From the human T2T-CHM13v2.0 reference genome, Homo sapiens, in assembly GCF_009914755.1 (NCBI RefSeq), contig NC_060927.1: a DNA stretch of 64,000 bases; one strand, written 5' to 3'. A program made the translations under genes and the position numbers. Below are positions 56,530 through 64,000 of this stretch, piece by piece. The notes beneath the pieces are model-generated. The model had not been told where the DNA came from. It did not search any database and worked only from the letters and a program-made list of their open reading frames with translations. Each line of letters begins with the position of its first letter. Position 1 is the first letter of the stretch.

Positions 56530-59500
56530 TCTGGGGTGTTTTCCAACACCAACAAACAATTCTCCAATTCTCTGCACACCAAGTTGGTGTCCAATAATTC
56601 ACTTCAATTCAGACACTAACTACCTGGAGAAAATACAGAACCCACAGATTAAGGGCTCAGTCCTGTAAGACTGTCCTCACTTCAGACATCAGTTCCAAGT
56701 CTCAGGTTGTCACTGGTACTTCTGACTGACCAGCTATACATCTGTGGTTCCCACAATCCCCTCCTAAGGTTAAAAAATTTGCTAGAATGGCTCACAAAAC
56801 CCAGAAAACTTCTGCTTATGTTTACTGGTTTATTATACAGGATACAATTTAGGAACAGCCAAATGGAGTAGATGCATAAGGCAAGGTATGGGGTAGGAAA
56901 AAAAGGATGTGTCGCTTCGATGCCCCTTCTGGATGTGCCACCTTCCAACACACTGATGTGTTCACCAACCCAGAAGCTCCTCAAATCTTGTTCAAGAAGT
57001 TTTTATGGAGCTTAGTCTCCAGCCACTACCTTCCTTTCCCTTCCTGGAGATTGGTGGGTGAGGCTGAAATTTCCAATACTCTACTTAGTCACTTAGTCTT
57101 TCTGGTGTCCAGCCCCATCCTGAAGCTAGGCCTCCACCTATGTTACTTCATTAGCATAAACTCAGATGTGATCAGAAGGGGTTCTATATGAATAACAAAA
57201 CACACTTCCAACACTCGGGAAATTTCAACGGTTTTAGAAGTTCTGCACCAGGAGGCAGAGACAAAGAGCAAATACATTTCTTATTATGCCATATACCACT
57301 CCTGGTTTTTGACGATGGATCTTTTATAACAAAAGGCTCATAGCAATTAAAAGATATTGTTACATTATTAGAGTCTCATTTGGTCATTAGTAATTAGTGC
57401 GGTTCATTATTATATCATATAAAAATGGCTCCCAGGCAAGACCATTCAGGTTTGCAAGCTTCTATTTAATCTCGTTTGGGTTCCCAAAGCAGGAAGTGGT
57501 CTCAGCAATACACTGCCTCATCTTTTCATGCATCTGGTAGAGTTGAGCTAAGAGAAAATATCTTTCATTCTGGGCCTCTTCCAAGATGTTGAGTTAATAT
57601 TGGATTTCTCTCATTACTTAATACATTTATTCATTACTTTACTTTCAACTATTATTTCTCCTTTTCTCCATTTATAACCAAACTTTTCCAACTTTGGAAA
57701 AAACATTAGGTACAATCACTATACTTGTCTAGATTGCAGGCAGCAATACTAGTCTAGCAAGTGCCTTTCCCTGAGTTCATTACTATCCATCCAGAGTAGG
57801 GTTAAATAGACACAGAACTAGTGGACCACTTTGATTACTAGGCAGTATAGCTACATTTAATATGTTGGCATAAAGATCACAAGATCTGTAGATCTGTAAA
57901 AGAGAGCTTTATTTTTTTATAAAGGGTTGCAGGCTTCAGGCTGGTGATCCTGGAGGCTGGGAAGTATAGTCTCTGGTAGAAACCAAAAGCATATACTTTG
58001 AAGGAGGAAGGATGAGACAGGAATTTATGCTGAATGCAATGGTTCAGAATACATATTCAACAGATTATAGGAGGAGCTATAAATATCTGTGAAGTAGGAG
58101 TGAGTACATATGTAGTAAGCAAACATGCATGTTACGTACATCTCATATTCACTTTGGAGTGATGACTTAACATTTAAATGCAGTAAAATTGAGCTCTATA
58201 TATCAAAAGGTGAAATAAAGGACACAGAACTAGCCATTCATGCCTCTGTGAACCAGCCAGAACCAGTCAGTGGTCACGTATCAGGAAGGAATGCTGGTCA
58301 GTTATTGTGTCAAAACCTGAACAAGGGGAGGAGAGTCCAACAGCAGCATCAGGCAGTTGGTTGAATTCAGTGGTAGAGCAAGTCTTTTGAAAGGGTTGGT
58401 TTCTGCTTAACTCTTGGAAAGAAAGTTTAATGGCAGTTAGTAAGGGAGGGGGTATAACAAGGTGTGTCCAACCTCCCATCCCTTCATGGCTGGAAACTCA
58501 ATTTTTAAGGTTTCTCTGTGGTCTCCTTGGCCAAGAAGGGGTCTGTTACATCAGTTGGGGTACTTAGGATTTTATTTTTATTTATTAACACTTAACTCAA
58601 TTTTGCCAGATGGGATGAAGGCAAAATTCACCTCCTGTGGCCCTTTGGAATTCTGATATAAAGGCTTAATAATATAGATAGTTTCTTGCTTAGGAGTCAT
58701 CCCTGTTTCCTGCACTTGTAGTTGCAGGCCTGGTCTTGTGACCACTGAATCAGGTAGAAAAAGAAAAGTTGAAGCGATGTGCAAAACAAATTTTTAAAAT
58801 ATATGTATAGTTATCATATCAGCAAACTCTTACCTTAAAAAAAAGTGTAATCATGCCAGCATGCTTCCCCTCCCTCTCTTTCCCAGATGCACCAGAAAAA
58901 CAGAATAATATATCTACTGGGGACACTTTCTTAGCCCCACTCTTGCTGAGTGTGAACACACCCTCACGAAGGTGTATAAGCTAGCCCTTCATGCCTTTAT
59001 GTCCCCCAATTTTAGAAAACCAAAGTTTTGATTGCCCATTTCATTTCTCTATCAATCTATTACCTTGAGGAATATATCTCTCTGCCAATTGTTGGACATT
59101 ATAAGCTGTATAGTATATTCCTTGGTCCGAAGAAATAATGATCAGCCTTGCAACTTGGTGTGATATCTTCGGTTCTAGTTTTGTATAGCACTCTAAATAT
59201 TTGTGTCTATCACCAGATAAGCAAAGACCATACTGAAGTCAGTGTCTATTCCTATCAAGACCCATTTGTAGCCCTTTAGACATACTAGAATCAGTCTGAC
59301 TTACTAGTTGTGTTCAGAGTCTTCCTCTGGGGAATCTGCCTGCAGTATTTGTCTCTTTTGTTGGCAAACAAAATAGTTCTTATTGGTCTTTGACATTTTG
59401 GAGGGTGCAAGAATAATATGTCTAGATTTAGCCTATCTTTGCATTACTGCAACCATCTAAGGTCCACCCATGTCATGGACTCAAGGAAGTACAACAAAAT

Positions 59501-60706
59501 ATCCACTTGATGGTTCCAATCCTCTTCTAAAACTGGAAAGGAGATTTTCCAGTAGACATTTATCTGACCTACTTAAATGCATCCCTCAAATGCCCATAGT
59601 GAATTCCACAGGGCTATGCCCCACATATGGGCATTCCTGCAATAGGCCAGTGTTCCATTGCCCTTCTGACTGACCAGATGTCCAGGCTATTGGCTACCTC
59701 TGATGGGTCAGTAAAAACCCAAACATAAAGGTTTTTACAGCTCTTCAATTCTTCCATCACTTCCAGCATGAAATTGAGCCTGCCAATCTGACTTGTTTTT
59801 ACTATTTTTGGTCAGAGTGGGTAAACTTCCAAACAAGATGTTGTTTGTTCACCTTGGAACTTCCATTTACAAACTGTGCAGCTCATTGTTGGTCAGTCTA
59901 GTGCTGTTTATAAGGTACTGTCTAAGTGACGGAGAAGTCTGGCAGCTCCTCCTGCAGTTCCAAAGTCGATCCTAGAGGAAAAGAGGTGAGTACTTGCTTG
60001 TGTTCTCCTAGTAACATAATTTTGTATGAACTATTTCCATTTTATTATAGAAATTTCTTCAATATCATCCAAAAAAATCATGTTCAGATTTCAAGATCGT
60101 TTTATCTCCTTCAGTCATAGAGGTAGATTCAGTGAATATCCAATAACACACTGGTAAATGGCCTTCAAAGGGAAGTGTTTTAGTCTAAATTACCAGTATT
60201 TTGTCATTGAAAAAAGATCACAGGTTTTCACCATAAGCTCCAGTCTCCATATGGGGCTATAGCACAGAAAATAAAACAAAACGAAACTGTCCTTACCAGC
60301 ACTCCATTTTCTGTTCTACATTGTGTGGGCTCAGGAAAAGTTACTGGTTTCCATTTAATAATAGCATGGTTGATTAATATTGCTTGAAGGGCGAAGCTTC
60401 CATGACCTCTCCAGGCTTGCCACCCTCTCAATACCTTGATATATTCACCAACCTGGAAGCTCTTCAAAACTCATTGTTCAAGGATTTATAAAAAGCTTAA
60501 TATCCAGCTGCCTCTAACATCATCTAATTTCTCATCCTGAGACTATACAGAGGCTCCACCCAAAATTACAGCATTTTCATAAACTCAGATATGATCAAAA
60601 GGGACTTCTTAGGAATAACAAAAGATATTCATTCAGGAAATGTCAAAGGTTTTAGGTGCTCTGTGCCAGGCAGCAGGGACAAAGACCAAATATTTGTTAT
60701 AACACA
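56530..60706 (-). mobile_element. MER21-family provirus relic: LTR ~56530-57293, internal region with pol/integrase remnants, partial LTR ~60385-60706
   Basis: The two LTR copies share aaactcagat(g/a)tgatca...gaataacaaaa...gacaaaga(g/c)caaata. The internal minus strand near 59230-59275 reads GYKWVLIGIDTDFS (integrase core-like). CTTTTTC flanks both ends. Confidence 0.85.
57863..58590 (-). mobile_element. MER39-like ERV1 solo LTR nested in the MER21 internal region
   Basis: Minus strand starts TGTTAATAAATAAAAATAAAATCCTAAGTACCCCAAC...CTTGGCCAAGG; poly(A)-signal region seen on + as agagagctttatt. Confidence 0.78.
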
Positions 60707-60910
60707 CTTTTTCAGGAATTTTACAAACATTTCATGCTACTGAAGTAATAATTTATAAATAATATTGTATATATTGCAATATTTTTCACAAGATGGACAG
60801 TATGTAAAGTGGATTCTGTATGATAGAATTAGTCACAATAGTAAAAGGGTTATGTACTTGGAATATACGAGTTCTGTAAATTTCCTAAACTGGTGTTTCG
60901 GGAAGGATAG

Positions 60911-61275
60911 CATCTTAGTCCATTCCTACTGATACAACAAAATACCTTAAACTGAGTAGTCTATAAACAACAGGAATTTATTGCTCCCAGTTCTAGAGGC
61001 TGGAACCTTCAAGATCGAGGCACCAGCAGATTCAGTGTCTGCTGACAGCTATCTCTCTGCTTCAAAGATGATGCCTTATTGCTGTGCCCTCACATGGCAG
61101 AAGGAGCAAATCGGCTCCCTCAAGCCTTTTTTGTAAGGGCACTAATCCTATTCATGGGGGCAAAGCACTCATAACATAATCACCTTCTAAAGGTCCAGAC
61201 TCTTAGTATTATTACATTGGGTATTAGGTTGCAACATATGAGTTTTGGCAGTACACCAACATTCATACCAAAGCG
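60911..61275 (-). mobile_element. MLT1A/MSTD-like solo LTR
   Basis: tcttagtccatt...cagttctagaggctgg...caagatcgaggcaccagcagattcagtgtct...aagggcactaatcc; flanks GATAG/TATAG (TSD with one mismatch). Confidence 0.88.
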
Positions 61276-61314
61276 TATAGGACAGAAGACGATGTAAGAG
61301 AACTCAGGGAAAGA

Positions 61315-62090
61315 GGATTATGTCAGCCTGGTTAAAAACAGACTGTAATCACAACAGCCTGGCCTTGATTCTTCCACTTACTAGCCTGTGGCTTTGGGCA
61401 AGTTACATGACCTATCTGTCCTTCAATTTCCTCATTTGTTTAATGGGCCAATAATAGTTGCTATTTTATTCGATTCCTATGCATAATGAGAAATTTTACA
61501 ATTAAAAGAAATTAAAACAGCAGCTGTCACATAGAAGGCATTCAATTCATATTATCTACTATATTATTATTATTTAGAATTTATTTTATAAATTCAATCA
61601 TATGCCCTAATAGTAACTCATTGAGGTAGGTTTTGCTATCTACATTTCATAGATGAGGAAACTAAAGATCAGACACCTTAAATAACTGACTCAGAGGTCA
61701 CCTAAATTGTAGGTTGTAGTGTGAGAGTTTAAACCCTGCCCTTTTTGGCATAAACTCTCTTTCCTCTGCAGCTGTGGAAGATGCTGCCTACCATATTTTC
61801 TCTTGTTACCCTCCTTGCACCTCCATTACCATCCCTTGTCTAATCCGTCCAGAATCTTCAACTGATAATGGCACTAGTAATCATTTAAGCCTGTGTACTT
61901 TCATTCATAGCTTTTAAATTTGAATCTTTGTAAAAGATCTTAAAGATTGTTTTCTGTACTTTATTTTTAGACAAGGAAACAGATTCAGAAAGATTAAGAG
62001 ACAAGCACTGTGGAGATGATGGCAGTTCATGTCTAGGGCAGGACTGGAACACAGGTCCCCTCACTTCTTGTTTATTGCATTTTTCTTTTA
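61315..62090. mobile_element. Cluster of three MIR fragments (+ ~61315-61575; - ~61590-61760; - ~61930-62090)
   Basis: ctttgggcaagttac...tttcctcatttgt; tttcatagatgaggaaact; ttttagacaaggaaacagattcagaaagattaag. Confidence 0.7.
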
Positions 62091-62309
62091 TTATTTGTAG
62101 TCATCTCCATACCTACAGGCTACTACTCTGGACATATTTATTTCCTTGCAATGTCAAAGGTAAGGTTGTTTATGTTGCTTCAGATGAAACAACATAAGGA
62201 TGCACTGGTCTGATGGTTCTTTTTTCCAAGTCAGATTCTGAATGACTGTGTTCTTATGCTTACAACACTTATATGTCTGATTTTGATCTTTGTATGGATG
62301 CATTTATTT

Positions 62310-62660
62310 ATTTTTATTTTGAAAATATTTAATTGTTTAGAGCTGTTTTAGGTTCACAGCCAAACTAAGCAGTAAGTGCAGAGGGTCCTCATATACTTCC
62401 TGCCCCTACACATACAAACCTCCCCACCATTACAGAGCTGCGCATTCCTTACAATCAATAAAGCTACATTAACACATCATTATCACTCAAAGTGCATTGT
62501 TGACATTAGGGTTCACGGTTGATTTTGTACATTCTATGGGTTTGACAAACGTATAATGACATGTTTCTACCATTATAGCATCATACAAAATAATTTCACT
62601 GCCCTAAAAATCCTCTGTGCTCTGCCTATTCATCCCTCTTTCTTCCACCAATCCCTGGTT
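62310..62660 (-). mobile_element. L1MC1-like 3' end fragment
   Basis: tagagctgttttaggttcacagccaaac...tttcactgccctaaaaatcctctgtgctc. Confidence 0.85.
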
Positions 62661-63039
62661 TGTATTTACTTTAATCATCCATTTTGTCTTTTGCTTTGTC
62701 CTAAGGAAAAACAATTCTGCTTTGACTTATAAGGCACACTGTAAGTCATCTCCATACCTGCAGGTTTTTCTCACTTGCTGAAGAGCAATTGCTTGGCTTG
62801 TTCAGAATTGACACACCATACTTGACATTGGAGGACGCTAGTTGGGATACCTCAAAATTATTTTTGTGAGTGAGTGTTATGCACTCATATATGACGTAGG
62901 TTGATTATTAAGTATTATTGAACAAGTAACCACTATAGTTAATATATTGATAGATAGCTGCAGTTTCCAGATTGAATGTAGCCCTCAAATGGGAACAAAT
63001 GGTCACCAGGCAGAAAGAATAACAATGGCCATTGTAAAG

Positions 63040-63180
63040 TATCTCATAATGTGACTTTATTTGCAAATGGTGTCATTACAGAGTTAAAATGAGACCATGC
63101 TGGAGTACAGTGACCCCTAATCTAATATAACTGGCATCCTTCTAGAAAGGAGAAAATTGGACATAGCTAGGCACACAAGG
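63040..63180 (+). mobile_element. MLT1B/C LTR fragment
   Basis: aatgtgactttatttgcaaat...gttaaaatgagaccatgctggagt...ccctaatctaatataactggcatcctt. Confidence 0.7.
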
Positions 63181-63254
63181 TTTCTCCATGAATAACAAAA
63201 TCAAGAGCTTACAGGGAGAAGGCAGCAATATAAATGAGTGAAGTAGAACAGAAT

Positions 63255-63429
63255 TGTGGCAGGATGGATTAGTAGGTTCTGTGGCAAAATGAAAAGTGAC
63301 TTCCCTACCTAAATGGCATTACTATCGTGGAGGAAAGTGGAGTCAGTGTTGCCTGATGATCCGATTTTTCAAGAGGAACTTGAAAGCCAACAATTTTATG
63401 TAAAATAGCCGATTTTTTGAAAATATTTC
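63255..63429. mobile_element. MER102-like hAT-Charlie fragment (probably continues after the Alu)
   Basis: cagtgttgcctgatgatccgatttttcaagaggaac...ttttatgtaaaatagccgatttttt. Confidence 0.6.
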
Positions 63430-63833
<404 letters not shown>

Positions 63834-64000
63834 TTAGTATTCCACAGAATACTCTTTGGGACCCTCTAAAAATGGGATGATTGCATAATTTTAATATAAA
63901 AGAATAAATTATGAAATATTTAAGGAACACGTACTGTTACCTTACTACTTAATGTCTTACAAGTTCCAAGGTAATTACTATGTCTGTTAAGCATGAGGCA

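Overview
AT-rich primate (human-like) genomic DNA dominated by interspersed repeats: Alu, L1, MaLR/ERVL/ERV1 LTR elements, MIR/L2 and DNA-transposon relics. No intact host protein-coding gene, RNA gene or CRISPR array is supported. ORFs with recognisable homology are broken L1 ORF2 fragments or chance ORFs inside Alu/LTR sequence. The window looks like a large intron or a gene desert. I found no evidence of a new multi-gene system. The most notable structures are: a MER85 (PGBD3 MITE) with an intact CSB-PGBD3-type palindrome; a three-level L1 nest (ancient L1M > near-full-length L1PA13-like > twin-primed, inverted L1PA4/5 plus an Alu); several elements with large internal deletions; two 51-bp local duplications; an ERV1 solo LTR with octamer, TATA and X-box motifs; and a few splice-like motifs. 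Subfamily names are from recalled consensus sequences and need RepeatMasker/Dfam confirmation. Boundaries of old repeats are approximate.
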